Assembly (NCBI GenBank): GCA_965205485.1
Contig: OZ242180.1
Location: 3,424,001 to 3,488,000 of the forward strand
Direction of reading: 5' to 3'
DNA from: Candidatus Latescibacterota bacterium
GTDB taxonomy: Bacteria; Latescibacterota; UBA2968; GCA-2709665
DNA: 64,000 nt
This document shows positions 10,271 to 20,713 of the stretch, piece by piece. The stretch's first letter is position 1. Every line of letters starts with the position of its first letter. The translations under genes were made by a program, and so were the position numbers. The notes beneath the pieces are model-generated. The model was not told the DNA's origin. It worked only from the letters and a program-made list of their open reading frames with translations, and did not search any database.

Positions 10271-10333
10271 AAGTTGATAAAGGCGATTAGACTGCTGATT
10301 ACCAGGATACACCCGGTCACTGGACGTGAACGG
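10227..10333 (+). repeat. ~100-bp dispersed repeat B, copy 1
   Basis: ACCAGGATTCGTATGTTTTCGTGG...AAGTTGATAAAGGCGATTA...GATTACCAGGATACACC shared with 25471-25570. Confidence 0.85.
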
Positions 10334-10568
10334 AAAAATTGTCCTTCCTTACGACTATTTCGGTCCGTTTCGGAAAGTTTCGTCGCGGTGCCGCGTTGCG
10401 GTTTTCGCGAAACTTAGGTTGACGATTGGCCGGTTCACGAGGAAGAATTGAGGAGAATGGCCGGGCGTTGGTCGGATGCGCTGACAGCAAATGAACGAGG
10501 ATAACCAGGGCGCGGTTGTTGCAATTTAAACTCTACCGTGATCCGGCAGACCTCCACATCGGTTGACA

Positions 10569-10603
10569 CGACACCTCCGGCTTCGGGGGTGTCGAGTATT
10601 TTT
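10569..10603 (+). terminator. Putative intrinsic terminator
   Basis: CGACACCTCCG/CGGGGGTGTCG stem followed by AGTATTTTT. Confidence 0.5.
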
Positions 10604-10642
10604 ACTCCATGTGAGACCTGAGTCTCACGAACTCCCACACCA

Positions 10643-11083
10643 ATGAAAACCCGCCACAGAGCCTACGCGTATATCACGAGTGGGAGCCGGCTGCTTCTAT
10701 TTACGCAACCCGGAGCGCCGGATGCCGGCATTCAGGTTCCCGCAGGCACGATCGAGCCTGGTGAGAATCCTCGGGATGCGGTGATGCGAGAAGCAAGAGA
10801 GGAGACGGGATTGACCGGGCTCAGATATGTGCGGTTCCTTGCGCGGGATACAATGGACATGAGGTTTTGCGGGAGCGATGAACTGCAACATCGCTGGTTC
10901 TACCATCTGTCTGTGGAAGGACCAACGGAAGAAACCTGGCGTCACGGGGAATATGGCGAGGACGGATCTCTCATCCATCCGTTCGACTTCTTCTGGGCCG
11001 GCGTCGGGGCACTTCCCGAGCTCGTCTATGGATACGACGACAAGATTGACCTGCTGATGGAGTCGATGGAAACACACAAGTAG
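10643..11083 (+). CDS. NUDIX hydrolase
   Basis: PAGTIEPGENPRDAVMREAREETGL Nudix box. Confidence 0.9.
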   Translation: MKTRHRAYAYITSGSRLLLFTQPGAPDAGIQVPAGTIEPGENPRDAVMREAREETGLTGLRYVRFLARDTMDMRFCGSDELQHRWFYHLSVEGPTEETWRHGEYGEDGSLIHPFDFFWAGVGALPELVYGYDDKIDLLMESMETHK

Positions 11084-11209
11084 GGTACACGCCCGATAGT
11101 CGTCCGACGCCGAGCTCCACCACCCGTCCGGCGCCGTTGCGTTCGCAAACCCACATCGATTCGCGGACCGAAATTTCGTGAGCCGGAAAACGAACGAGAA
11201 GGATTCGTT

Positions 11210-11581
11210 ATGGAACTGATTCGTTCCTCGGACATCCAGGTGTTCAGCAATTCCGGAATTGAATCTCGACAACTGCTGTTTCCAGAGAACTCATCGTCGC
11301 AAAGGGTTACGATTACACAGGTCTCTGTCCCTCCTGGCGGCAAGAATCCGCCGCATCGACATAACGCATCGGAACAGATATGGATCGCCTTACAAGGTTC
11401 AGGAAATCTGCTTCTGGAAAACGGGGAGATAGCGGAATTCGCTGAAGGTGACGTTGTTCGGTTTGAGGAAGGTGACCTTCACGGGTTCTTCAATTCCGGA
11501 ACCCAGACCTTTGTCTACATGTCAGTTACATCACCACCGTTGAATTTTCGTGCGGCCTACGACAGTCACTGGTCGAGGTGA
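11210..11581 (+). CDS. Cupin domain protein
   Basis: HRHNASEQ...G and LHGFFN cupin motifs. Confidence 0.9.
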   Translation: MELIRSSDIQVFSNSGIESRQLLFPENSSSQRVTITQVSVPPGGKNPPHRHNASEQIWIALQGSGNLLLENGEIAEFAEGDVVRFEEGDLHGFFNSGTQTFVYMSVTSPPLNFRAAYDSHWSR

Positions 11582-11606
11582 TTGTCGGACCATTCTCTCC
11601 TTGCTT

Positions 11607-12566
11607 ATGACTGCTCCAAAACCACTCCTTACATACCAGGAATTCGTCGATTATGATCTTTCGCTTCCAATCGCGCAGGCCACTTGTTTAAAGGCCGGCA
11701 TCCCGGAACCGACCTCGATCCGACGATTGAAGCTCGGCGAGGTGAACGCGATCTTCGTGCTTGAGTTGCCCGGTGGTGCCTTGGTTGTTCTGAAGGTCTG
11801 GGTCAGATGCTCGGACGACGAGGTAATGCGAAGGGAAGAGGGGGTTATCAAAGTTGTCCAGCGCGTATCTGCAGTGCCCACGCCAGGCTGGATCTACGTC
11901 TCATCCGGTGACTCCATTCTCGCATATCCCCATGCTCTCATAGAATTCGCGAGTGGCGTCGATGGCGACCGGGTTTGGCGTGAGATAGGTTTCGAAGACA
12001 GGGAGAAAATCCTCACGCAATGTGCGTCTCAAATGCATGACCTCCACTCAATTCCTGTCGGTCCGGATACCGCCGCCATTCTCGGAGACCCGATGAGCGG
12101 AAGCGAGTGGCGGGAGTCTGAGGAGAACCGTTTCCAGCGGGCAATTGGGGACCTCCGGAAGCAAGGCTGGCTGGGAAAAGACACCCTTGATCGATGCACG
12201 GCGCTCTGGACCGACCATTCCGGTTCATTGGAAGCCGTGGAAGTTGATGCCCTTGTCCACTATGACTTTCAGTTGCATAATCTTCGTATAGACCCGGCGA
12301 CCCTGAATCTGCTGGCGGTTCTGGATTTTGGTAATGCGGCGCTTGCACCGGCATTCGCCGACTCCAGGGATTTGTATCTGAGCGTTTTCCTCAAATCGCC
12401 GGAACTGGCTGAATGCTTCTGGCGGACTTATGGAACGCTGAGTACCGAACTGGAACTGGTCCTGAGGCTTCACTCCGTTGCGAGGGTGTTGGAAATTCTC
12501 GCCGCGTACCAGGGTCCGACTCCGGGAGGTTGGGACCGGACAACCGTGCTGAAACTTCTCGAATAG
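11607..12566 (+). CDS. APH/choline kinase-like phosphotransferase
   Basis: LVHYDFQLHNL Brenner motif; VLDFG. Confidence 0.85.
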   Translation: MTAPKPLLTYQEFVDYDLSLPIAQATCLKAGIPEPTSIRRLKLGEVNAIFVLELPGGALVVLKVWVRCSDDEVMRREEGVIKVVQRVSAVPTPGWIYVSSGDSILAYPHALIEFASGVDGDRVWREIGFEDREKILTQCASQMHDLHSIPVGPDTAAILGDPMSGSEWRESEENRFQRAIGDLRKQGWLGKDTLDRCTALWTDHSGSLEAVEVDALVHYDFQLHNLRIDPATLNLLAVLDFGNAALAPAFADSRDLYLSVFLKSPELAECFWRTYGTLSTELELVLRLHSVARVLEILAAYQGPTPGGWDRTTVLKLLE

Positions 12567-12683
12567 ACGGCGGCCTGCAGAAGACTGGCAGACAAGCCAC
12601 ATCTGATGGATGGTAACGAAAGTTGACGGCAGAATTCGAACCACATTTCGGTATGCGCTTCGGGGACTGCGCTGCCATGGCCA

Positions 12684-13499
12684 GTGGTCCACGAACTATG
12701 TATATTGCCTGATCGAGACAACATTTGGACGACCTCGGATGGCACGGAAGTATGGCTTCGGAAACACAAGCAGATCGAGGGAGGAACGCGCATTTACAAC
12801 CAGAGCGAAGTATCCGATATGGTGCTGATTCCGTCAGGGGAATTCCTGATGGGAGCAGTGAATGACGATGATATGGGCTACACGGGAGCATTCCTCGATG
12901 AGAAGCCACAGCACATCGTCAACCTGGAAGCCTACTATATTGAAGTACATCTGGTTTCGGTAGAGCAGTATCACAGATTTATGCGGGCAGCGGACTATCG
13001 CCCTGTGACCTGGCAGGACAACTGGTTGCACGCCCCTCTGCAGCCTGTCAGGAGTATATCGTTGCCGGACGTTCTCGAATATTGTCATTGGGCCCGAAAA
13101 AGACTACCCACAGAGGCTGAATGGGAGAAGGCGGCTCGAGGTGGCCTGGACAATAAATCGTTTCCGTGGGGTGACGATGCATTTGATGGATCGCAGGCGG
13201 CAGATCGCACGAGAGAGGAAGGCCCGCCAGACATCGGCATGTTTCCACCAAACGGGTTTGGTCTCTACGACATGGTTGGTTCCTTGTGGCAATGGTGCAG
13301 AGATGACCGGCGACTCTATACAGAAGACCGCAGACACTGTCCTGTTGGACCCCTGGGCGGTGAAACACGGTCGGCGCGGGGAGGCGACTGGTATACCAGC
13401 CCGTTTCACAAGAGATGTTCCAGGCGGGGAAGCGTGCGTGTAAAAGGTGGATCGGGCAATTTGGGATTCCGTTGTGTCCGGGATGTTTTCAAAGACTGA
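12684..13499 (+). CDS. Formylglycine-generating enzyme (FGE-sulfatase) domain protein
   Basis: IPSGEFLMG, DEKPQH, RLPTEAEWEKAARGG, PNGFGLYDMVG, LGFRCV; start uncertain (12684 or 12819). Confidence 0.9.
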   Translation: MVHELCILPDRDNIWTTSDGTEVWLRKHKQIEGGTRIYNQSEVSDMVLIPSGEFLMGAVNDDDMGYTGAFLDEKPQHIVNLEAYYIEVHLVSVEQYHRFMRAADYRPVTWQDNWLHAPLQPVRSISLPDVLEYCHWARKRLPTEAEWEKAARGGLDNKSFPWGDDAFDGSQAADRTREEGPPDIGMFPPNGFGLYDMVGSLWQWCRDDRRLYTEDRRHCPVGPLGGETRSARGGDWYTSPFHKRCSRRGSVRVKGGSGNLGFRCVRDVFKD

Positions 13500-13721
13500 T
13501 TTGGCGGCGGTGACAAGCGGCAATGAGAACCTATAAGCGAAAACAAGCATAATTCCGCCCGACCGGGTAAGACAACACGACTCCCGGTGCTGGCCTCTGG
13601 TGTTTCAATTCAGCTGTCAACGACGTTTTCGTTTTTGCAGGTGCGTCGGTTTGTCGTTTTGGCACAATAAACGCGGATGGATCGACCACTGAACCACCGT
13701 TTACGAAAGGGGAGTATGACG

Positions 13722-14930
13722 ATGGACCATGAATTCAGCGTTCGTGCAGTACAGTGTGATCACCGGGCCTCCGACGAGGAGGTCTACGAAAACCTGGTAC
13801 GGGCGACCGCCCCCCTGTCGCGTTCATGGGAGAAGCTGCAGAGGGCTGGCCGCATCGCGCTCAAGTTCAACATGGGGCATACGAATGTGGCTCGTTTCAA
13901 GGGCCGCCGTCGAGAGCTCGTCGACGAAGCTGTCTTCCGCGCCGTCCTTCGGCTATTGCGTGAACGGACCTCAGCGACGCTTGTCGCCGCCGATACGTTC
14001 TGCCGGGATGCGTCCGGGGCCGCGACGGACTACTTCAACTATCTTCCGCTGCTCGAGGAATTCGACGTTGAGCACGCGGAGTCGAATTATCCCCCCTTCG
14101 CCGAATATGACGTACCGGGCGGTGGCTGCATGTTTCAGCGCTACACGCTCAGCCGGTGCTTCAGCGAAGCGGATGAGGTCGTTTCCGTCGCCAAGTTGAA
14201 GAACCACCTCTTCATGGGCGTCACACTGTGTACCAAGAACCTGTTCGGCCTCACACCCACGATCCCGCCCGAAGGTCGCGTACGCACCTATTTCCACCAC
14301 GCAATCCGGCTGTCCTACGTGCTTCCCGATCTGGCGCGCATTACCAATCCGTGTCTCAATATCATCGATGCCACGACCGGTCAATGGGGTCGTGAGTGGG
14401 ACGGCGAGGGACGCGTGTGCGACACCCTCATCGCGGGCGACCAGATCATCGCCACCGACGCCGTCGGCGCCAGCCTGATGGGACACGATCCCGCGTCGGA
14501 TTGGCCGACGCCGCCATTCCGTCGCGACCGCAACCATCTGCTCGTTGCCGCACAGAGCGGATTTGGAACGGTCAATCTGGACGAAATCGACTTCGAGAGC
14601 GAGGTCGAGGGTCCATTGAACGAATTCGACTCCGTCGAGGAAGACCCGCCCGAAATCATGGCCACGGTAAGGGAAACGGCTTGCGAACAGGGACTCTTCT
14701 ATCGCGATCGGATGCAGGCGATGATCGAGGAACACGGAGGGAATTTCGTGTATCTTCAGGATGGCGAGGTCAAGTGGAGCGGCGAAAACCCGGCGCACAT
14801 CAGGAGCCACCGAGAGTTTACCGGCAAGAAACCCGGCAGCGCGTTGTTCCTCAAAAAGGTCGATCCCGAGGAGCGCGAAGGCGAACGATTCGAAGCCTAT
14901 GAGGAATGCCTCGAGCGCCTGCGCGCGTGA
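13722..14930 (+). CDS. DUF362 domain protein
   Basis: VSVAKLKNHLFMGVTLCTKNLFG, LNIIDA, IATDAVGASLMG; GGAG RBS. Confidence 0.85.
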   Translation: MDHEFSVRAVQCDHRASDEEVYENLVRATAPLSRSWEKLQRAGRIALKFNMGHTNVARFKGRRRELVDEAVFRAVLRLLRERTSATLVAADTFCRDASGAATDYFNYLPLLEEFDVEHAESNYPPFAEYDVPGGGCMFQRYTLSRCFSEADEVVSVAKLKNHLFMGVTLCTKNLFGLTPTIPPEGRVRTYFHHAIRLSYVLPDLARITNPCLNIIDATTGQWGREWDGEGRVCDTLIAGDQIIATDAVGASLMGHDPASDWPTPPFRRDRNHLLVAAQSGFGTVNLDEIDFESEVEGPLNEFDSVEEDPPEIMATVRETACEQGLFYRDRMQAMIEEHGGNFVYLQDGEVKWSGENPAHIRSHREFTGKKPGSALFLKKVDPEEREGERFEAYEECLERLRA

Positions 14931-15005
14931 GTCTGGCGCGATCATTGCTTTTCAAGCTGCGGGTACCGCCGGCCCATTTTCCTCAGCATAGGAGGACAAA
15001 ACGGG

Positions 15006-15809
15006 ATGGTCCAGAGAAACTACCTGCTCCCCGGTGTATTCGTACTCGGCCTTGCATTTCCAGTCGTTGGCGAAGTTCGCAGCAAAGTAGAAGGTTTGAC
15101 ACGTGAAGACATCTACACAGCCGTCCAATCTCTTTCAAGGGAAAAGGACCTGTTCGCTGCCAGCGAATTCATACTCGGACTTGAAAACGAGTCAGAGATT
15201 GTTGAGGCTTACGGCAACCTTGTTCTGGACTGTTACTGGAAGGCCAAATCCACGGAGCAGGTGCTACACTTTGCAAATGCCGGTATCCACTATTGCCTGG
15301 CTAGAGCAGCCAGATACGATGGAAAGGATGACGATTCAGCAAAAAAGCTTCGATTTGCTGCCAAGAGGATGGCGACCGACGCAGCATCCTGTACCTGGAT
15401 CGGCTGGGAGGAGCCCGGGATTGCGATTTCACCAGACCAGATGCGACAGGGTCTTGCAATGGCACGATATAGCGTGCGGCAATTGCACGAGCTTGATCCA
15501 AGTGCCGTTCAGCTGGCGTTTACCTACTGGTTTCTCGGCGCACACCTCATTGCGATGGAGTCATATGGCGAAGCTCTTTCGGTCTTTGCGCAGGCGCGGG
15601 ATTACAGCAAGGCACATGGCTCCAAACCTGAGGAACTAGCGATGCTGGAGGGCTACATCGGGCTGACAAGGATTTTGAACGAAGAGAAAGACGTCGGCGA
15701 ATCGGAGTTCAGTTCCTCAGTATCGGCCCTGGAATCGCGCGAGAACCAGGATGCTGAGTTTTATGCGAAGCAGCTATTGAGTGTGCGTGCCTTCTTTGCG
15801 AAACAGTGA
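15006..15809 (+). CDS. Hypothetical secreted helical (TPR-like) protein
   Basis: AGGAGG RBS; signal-peptide-like N-terminus; 267-aa ORF. Confidence 0.6.
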   Translation: MVQRNYLLPGVFVLGLAFPVVGEVRSKVEGLTREDIYTAVQSLSREKDLFAASEFILGLENESEIVEAYGNLVLDCYWKAKSTEQVLHFANAGIHYCLARAARYDGKDDDSAKKLRFAAKRMATDAASCTWIGWEEPGIAISPDQMRQGLAMARYSVRQLHELDPSAVQLAFTYWFLGAHLIAMESYGEALSVFAQARDYSKAHGSKPEELAMLEGYIGLTRILNEEKDVGESEFSSSVSALESRENQDAEFYAKQLLSVRAFFAKQ

Positions 15810-16075
15810 AATGCAGGACGACGATCGCTTCTTCCGTCATCTCTTCTGAAAAACCAACGCGGCTCTTTAAACGAGCACCCCCCAGGGCACAGTTGCCTGG
15901 TCTCGAGGTGCAACCGATACGCGGGATCGCGGGCACCGAGAACGTCACATGCCTTTCGCAGGGCTCTCTTCGTCATGACTGAAAGTCATATTCGCATAGC
16001 TCCGGTGGGTTGGCGGTTGGCATGGACGCTCAAGCGATGTCTGCGTGAGTTGTTGGGGAACAGGATATTCGCGAG

Positions 16076-16906
16076 ATGAAGACTTTGGCGAACAGAGTTG
16101 CCGTGGTGACCGGAGCAAGTCGCGGAGGGGGGAAGGGCATTGCCACCGCGCTCGGCGAAGCCGGCGCGACTGTATATGTGACGGGACGCAGCATCCGAGG
16201 GAACCAGACCACAGACATCCCCAACGAAACCATTGAGGACACGGCAGAAACTGTGACTCAGCGGGGCGGCGAGGGGATTCCTGTGCGGGTAGATCACACT
16301 CAGGATGAACAGGTTGATGCACTTTTCAATCGAATAAAGAAAGATCAGAGTCGGCTGGATGTGCTCGTGAACAACGCCTGGGGCGGCTACGAGATGGGCG
16401 ATGGATTCTGGGGGCGTAAACGTTTTTGGGAGCTCCCAATTCGGCAGTGGGATCTCATGTACGGAGCCGGTTTGAGATCCCATTTGACGGCTGCTCGGGG
16501 CGCAATTTCGATCATGCTGGAGCAGCGGCACGGTCTGATTGTCAACACGACCAGTGGGATCAAACCGGACAGCAAGTTCCACCCGAATCTGTTCTATGAC
16601 ACGTTCAAGTCCGCGATATATAGAATGACGCATGGAATGGCAGAGGAATGCCGAAAAAACGGGATAGCAGTTATCCTGTTGTCGCTTGGCGACGAATACC
16701 AATACATGCGAACCTGGGAACCTGACGACAACACCAGACCTGAAGATCTGAAGAAGACGTTTACACCAGTTTACGCCGGCCGTGCGATCGCGGCTCTGGC
16801 TGGCGATCCGGATGTGATGAGCAAGGTCGAAGCGAGACCATATCTTGAAGTCCCCGACTTGGCCCGAGAGTACGGATTCAGAGACGTCGATGGTCGACAG
16901 CCCTGA
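16076..16906 (+). CDS. Short-chain dehydrogenase/reductase
   Basis: VTGASRGGG, LDVLVNNA and YDTFK (YxxxK) motifs. Confidence 0.92.
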   Translation: MKTLANRVAVVTGASRGGGKGIATALGEAGATVYVTGRSIRGNQTTDIPNETIEDTAETVTQRGGEGIPVRVDHTQDEQVDALFNRIKKDQSRLDVLVNNAWGGYEMGDGFWGRKRFWELPIRQWDLMYGAGLRSHLTAARGAISIMLEQRHGLIVNTTSGIKPDSKFHPNLFYDTFKSAIYRMTHGMAEECRKNGIAVILLSLGDEYQYMRTWEPDDNTRPEDLKKTFTPVYAGRAIAALAGDPDVMSKVEARPYLEVPDLAREYGFRDVDGRQP

Positions 16907-17035
16907 ACATTCGGGTCGTGAGATTTGCGATGACTTGACCCTCGGAGGTTCGCGGACCACGAGGGCGTTAGATGCCAGGTGTCTGAGCTCCACGGCGTGA
17001 GAAGACGAATACTCTGAGAAAGGATCCTCGACCCT

Positions 17036-17758
17036 TTGAGCTCGTTTATCAGTGATCAAGGACAGCCGATTGGATTTCCGATTCCGGATTGGGAACCGTG
17101 TCGGCCCCCTGCCAGGGAAGTCATGGAGGGCCGGTACTGCCGTCTGGAGCCCTTGAATCTGGACGAGCACTCGTGCGAACTTTACAACGCGATTTCTTCG
17201 GATGAAGATGGAGCCAGCTGGACGTATCTCGCCTATGGACCGTTCGAGAGTTTCGAGGACTACCGCTACTGGCTGTCCGGATGCCTCAAGAGCGACCCTC
17301 TCTTCTTCGCGATTAGGCCCAGCAGCGTGGGCAAGGTCCTCGGTCTCGCAAGTTACGTGAATATCGACCCGCTGAATGGCTGCATTGAGGTTGGGCACAT
17401 TTACTACCCCGAGCGCTTGAAACGGACACCAGCCGCCACTGAGGCGATGTATCTCATGATGAGACACGCGTTTGACCTCGGATACCGACGATACTCATGG
17501 AAATGTGATAGTCTCAATGCTGCTTCTCGAGCTGCGGCTCAGAGGCTCGGATTGTCGTATGAAGGCGTGTTCCGACATGCCAAGATTTACAATGGACGAA
17601 ATCGGGACACCGCCTGGTTTGCCGCGATTGACTCCGAATGGCCTGCTTTGCGAACGGCCTTTGAAACCTGGCTAAACCCGTCGAACTTTGACGAAGCGGG
17701 CAACCAACGCAAGAGGCTATCCGATCTGACGGCCCCGATACTCAAAGAAAAAGGCTGA
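17036..17758 (+). CDS. GNAT family N-acetyltransferase (RimJ/RimL-like)
   Basis: IEVGHI, LGYRRYSWKCDSLNAAS..AAQRLG, GRNRDTAW; TTG start. Confidence 0.9.
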   Translation: MSSFISDQGQPIGFPIPDWEPCRPPAREVMEGRYCRLEPLNLDEHSCELYNAISSDEDGASWTYLAYGPFESFEDYRYWLSGCLKSDPLFFAIRPSSVGKVLGLASYVNIDPLNGCIEVGHIYYPERLKRTPAATEAMYLMMRHAFDLGYRRYSWKCDSLNAASRAAAQRLGLSYEGVFRHAKIYNGRNRDTAWFAAIDSEWPALRTAFETWLNPSNFDEAGNQRKRLSDLTAPILKEKG

Positions 17759-17896
17759 TTGGTTCCTCTTGCCGCCCAATCGGCGTCGCTGAGTGGAAGG
17801 GCCCGCCCCGTCACGACCTCGGCGCGCACCATCGCAGACACCAGTCGTTGGCGGAAATCACTATTGAGAAATGTCCCGTTCAATTGGAGCAGGTCG

Positions 17897-18640
17897 TTGT
17901 CGAAAAAATGTCGTGAAGATTTCGAAGGCCTTGCGAAGGCTGGGCGGGTGGTTGCCGCTACGTTGAGAGAAATGGCGGGTTCCGTTCGCGCCGGAGTAAC
18001 CACAGCGGACGTTGATCGCGCCGGCGAGTTGGTGCTCGAGCGGTACGGCGCAACGTCCGCACCCCGGCTGTTCTACGGTTTTCCCGGCGTCAATCTTATC
18101 AGCGTCAATGACGAGATTGTTCACGGTATCCCGGGTGATCGAGTGCTTGAAAAGGGTGATATTGTAAGCCTGGACGTCACTGCCGAACTGAATGGCTACA
18201 TTGCAGATGCAGCTATCACCATCCCCATTCCTCCATGCACCCCGAAAGCCGTTGGATTGTGCAGGTGCGCCCGCACGGCATTTGAAATGGCGGTGGCCGT
18301 CGCTCGTGCGGGCAAACCGATCAACTGCATCGGCCGTGCCGTAGAGCAAGAGGTGACGCGACAAGGATTCCGGGTTGTCAGTGAGCTTACAGGGCATGGC
18401 ATCGGTCGCGTTATCCATGAAGACCCCATCGTTGCCAACACCTTTGATCCGCTCGATTCGACGCCGCTTACGAATGGTCTTGTGATCACGATCGAGCCAT
18501 TGATTGCCGAGAATCCGGCCCGGGCCGTTGAAGACAGCGACGGTTGGACCATGAAAACCTCGAACGGATCTCTCTCGGCTCATTATGAGCATACCGTTGT
18601 CATTACCGATGGCCGGCCTATCCTGCTGACTGCGGCTTGA
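17897..18640 (+). CDS. map: Type I methionine aminopeptidase
   Basis: SVNDEIVHGIPG, DIVSLD, GHGIG, TIEP and SAHYEHT motifs; probable TTG start after GGAG. Confidence 0.9.
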   Translation: MSKKCREDFEGLAKAGRVVAATLREMAGSVRAGVTTADVDRAGELVLERYGATSAPRLFYGFPGVNLISVNDEIVHGIPGDRVLEKGDIVSLDVTAELNGYIADAAITIPIPPCTPKAVGLCRCARTAFEMAVAVARAGKPINCIGRAVEQEVTRQGFRVVSELTGHGIGRVIHEDPIVANTFDPLDSTPLTNGLVITIEPLIAENPARAVEDSDGWTMKTSNGSLSAHYEHTVVITDGRPILLTAA

Positions 18641-18768
18641 GGACCCTGACTTCAAAAGGCACGCTCGTTCTCGGCTTCGTTGACGCGGTGCAAGCATGTC
18701 ACCACGCCTCGATTCGGACGCGGCCAAACGTAATGCGTCATTGGCGGACGTCTCAGAGGGCATTCGAA

Positions 18769-19671
18769 ATGGTCAGCCCTGAATGCCAACCAATAATCAT
18801 ACTTGGCGCAGAGCGCAGCGGGACATCCGTGGTTGCCGAGATGGTGCACACATGGGGCGCGTATGCAGGCGCTTCCAAAAAGTTGCACGCGGCTGACGCG
18901 CATGCGCCCAGAGGTTATTGGGAATACCTGCCGTTATGGGATTTTCTGGCCGAGTTAGGGGATTTTGCTTCCGGTGCGACCTGGTGGGACCGTGACTTTC
19001 AACATCGAATCGGAAATTATGCTTCTGACCCGGAGTATCGAACAAAAGCCGCTGTCCTGATGTCAGAGATGGACGAGGGTGGCCCCTGGTTCTGGAAGGA
19101 TCCTGCGCTCTGTCATTATCTCCCGTTTTTTAAACAGATATGGGGAGATGCGATTTATATAATCACAGTTCGCCACCCTCTGGATACAGCCGTGTCCTGG
19201 CAGAAGTTCATCATGCCGTCCAATTTGAACGACCGGATCTCGTTCCTGGCGATGAATCTGCTGCGCTGGCAGCACATGATGACGCTGATCCTGCGCCACA
19301 CCGAAGACGCTGCGCACCGGCTTTTTGTTGGATACGAAGATATCATGCGAAAACCACACGTGCAGGCCGAGAGATTGTCCAACTTCCTGAACTCGAAGTT
19401 CGAGAATCGAGACTCGCGAATTCAGCCGATGGCCGATACGGTTGATTCTCGATTGTGGCGCAATAATTGTGGAATCTCCTTTGACCGGGCGCCAGAGGCG
19501 ACAGAGCACCAGAAAGCGCTCTACGCCTTTGCAAGGCAGAAGATCATCGATCCATTTCACCCGTTCGACAGCGCCAGGTATCCGATGCCACCCGGATATC
19601 TTGAGTTTCTGAACATACAAGAGGCTTTGCTGAAGGCGTGTCGAGACCTTGAAACGGTTACGCACGCCTGA
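18769..19671 (+). CDS. Sulfotransferase family protein
   Basis: ILGAERSGTS PAPS loop; WKDP; RHPLDTAVS. Confidence 0.85.
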   Translation: MVSPECQPIIILGAERSGTSVVAEMVHTWGAYAGASKKLHAADAHAPRGYWEYLPLWDFLAELGDFASGATWWDRDFQHRIGNYASDPEYRTKAAVLMSEMDEGGPWFWKDPALCHYLPFFKQIWGDAIYIITVRHPLDTAVSWQKFIMPSNLNDRISFLAMNLLRWQHMMTLILRHTEDAAHRLFVGYEDIMRKPHVQAERLSNFLNSKFENRDSRIQPMADTVDSRLWRNNCGISFDRAPEATEHQKALYAFARQKIIDPFHPFDSARYPMPPGYLEFLNIQEALLKACRDLETVTHA

Positions 19672-19854
19672 AACCGCACCCCTTGTTGGGACGCATTCGA
19701 CCGAATGGCTGGGTACAAATGAAACCAAGTATGTTCAATCAGACGCAGAGTATTCCACATCCTGCCGCGCAGCAATTTGAGCTCCGCGCCTGTCGGCGCC
19801 TGGCCCTCGGCAACCCACATTCGCAGGTTTGCAAACTGGCGTGATGTTATTCCT

Positions 19855-20646
19855 ATGACGAACGCTATTGATTCAACGAACAACACAGAGCTCGTAGCAA
19901 CGCTGGAAGAGGCAGCGTTGAACGGGCTACCCGCGTTGCAAACAGAGTTCTACGACGGCTGGATCGTTCGAATGTCTGAGGGATACAGTCGCCGTGCCAA
20001 TTGTGTAGTCCCGCTGTACGGATCCACAACCCAGCTCCAGGAGAAGCTGGTTCATTGTGAAGCTGCGTACGCGCGGGCATCGCTACCTTGTCTTTTCAAG
20101 ATTTTTCCAACCTGTAAACCTGGGAATTTGGACGAGACATTGGCCCAGCGTCAATACTCCAGTGACGCCGAAACGCTGGTTCAAACCAAGCGACTTGAGG
20201 CCAGTCCCGATAGCTCCTCTGCCGTATCGCTATACGAATGTGCAACAGATGAGTGGTTCGAAACCTGGAGAGGTCTGTCTGATCGCAATCAGCACTCTGA
20301 GGTATTTCGCAGTCTGCTCAACGCCACCTCCACTCCGTCGGCCTATGTTATCGCCCGGACTGATGGTAAATCCGTAGGTTGCGCCCGCGCAGTTGTTTCG
20401 GGCTCAATCATAGGTCTCTTTGACTTGCTGGTAGATCCCGAGCATCGGGGACAGAGCTTTGGCCGTCGGCTCCTTGAGGCACGGCTAAAGTGGGGATTTG
20501 AGCAGGGAGCGCGTCTGGCATACCTGCAGGTGATGGCTAACAACGAGCCAGCTCTGGCTCTGCAACGCAAGTTTGGTTTCAGCGAGTTATACAGGTATTG
20601 GTATCGAGTGCAATCCGTCTCAGATTCGGAGGACACAAACTGTTGA
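19855..20646 (+). CDS. GNAT family N-acetyltransferase
   Basis: GYSRRAN; VDPEHRGQSFG; YLQVMANNEPA. Confidence 0.9.
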   Translation: MTNAIDSTNNTELVATLEEAALNGLPALQTEFYDGWIVRMSEGYSRRANCVVPLYGSTTQLQEKLVHCEAAYARASLPCLFKIFPTCKPGNLDETLAQRQYSSDAETLVQTKRLEASPDSSSAVSLYECATDEWFETWRGLSDRNQHSEVFRSLLNATSTPSAYVIARTDGKSVGCARAVVSGSIIGLFDLLVDPEHRGQSFGRRLLEARLKWGFEQGARLAYLQVMANNEPALALQRKFGFSELYRYWYRVQSVSDSEDTNC

Positions 20647-20713
20647 GGTCAACTCACCGCATAACACGTATGTGTCCAGCATCAGGCACGGCGAATCGTA
20701 TCGGGAGATCGAG

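Noticed and set aside
10457..10504. Attenuator leader peptide before a terminator
   Set aside because: No run of regulatory codons, and the downstream NUDIX gene is not biosynthetic; more likely a stub.
13971..14945. 324-aa minus-strand ORF (likewise 45954-46970 and 17861-18763)
   Set aside because: In-register antisense of well-supported + strand genes in GC-rich DNA.
15986..17467. 493-aa minus-strand ORF
   Set aside because: Antisense shadow of the SDR and GNAT genes; no recognisable motifs.
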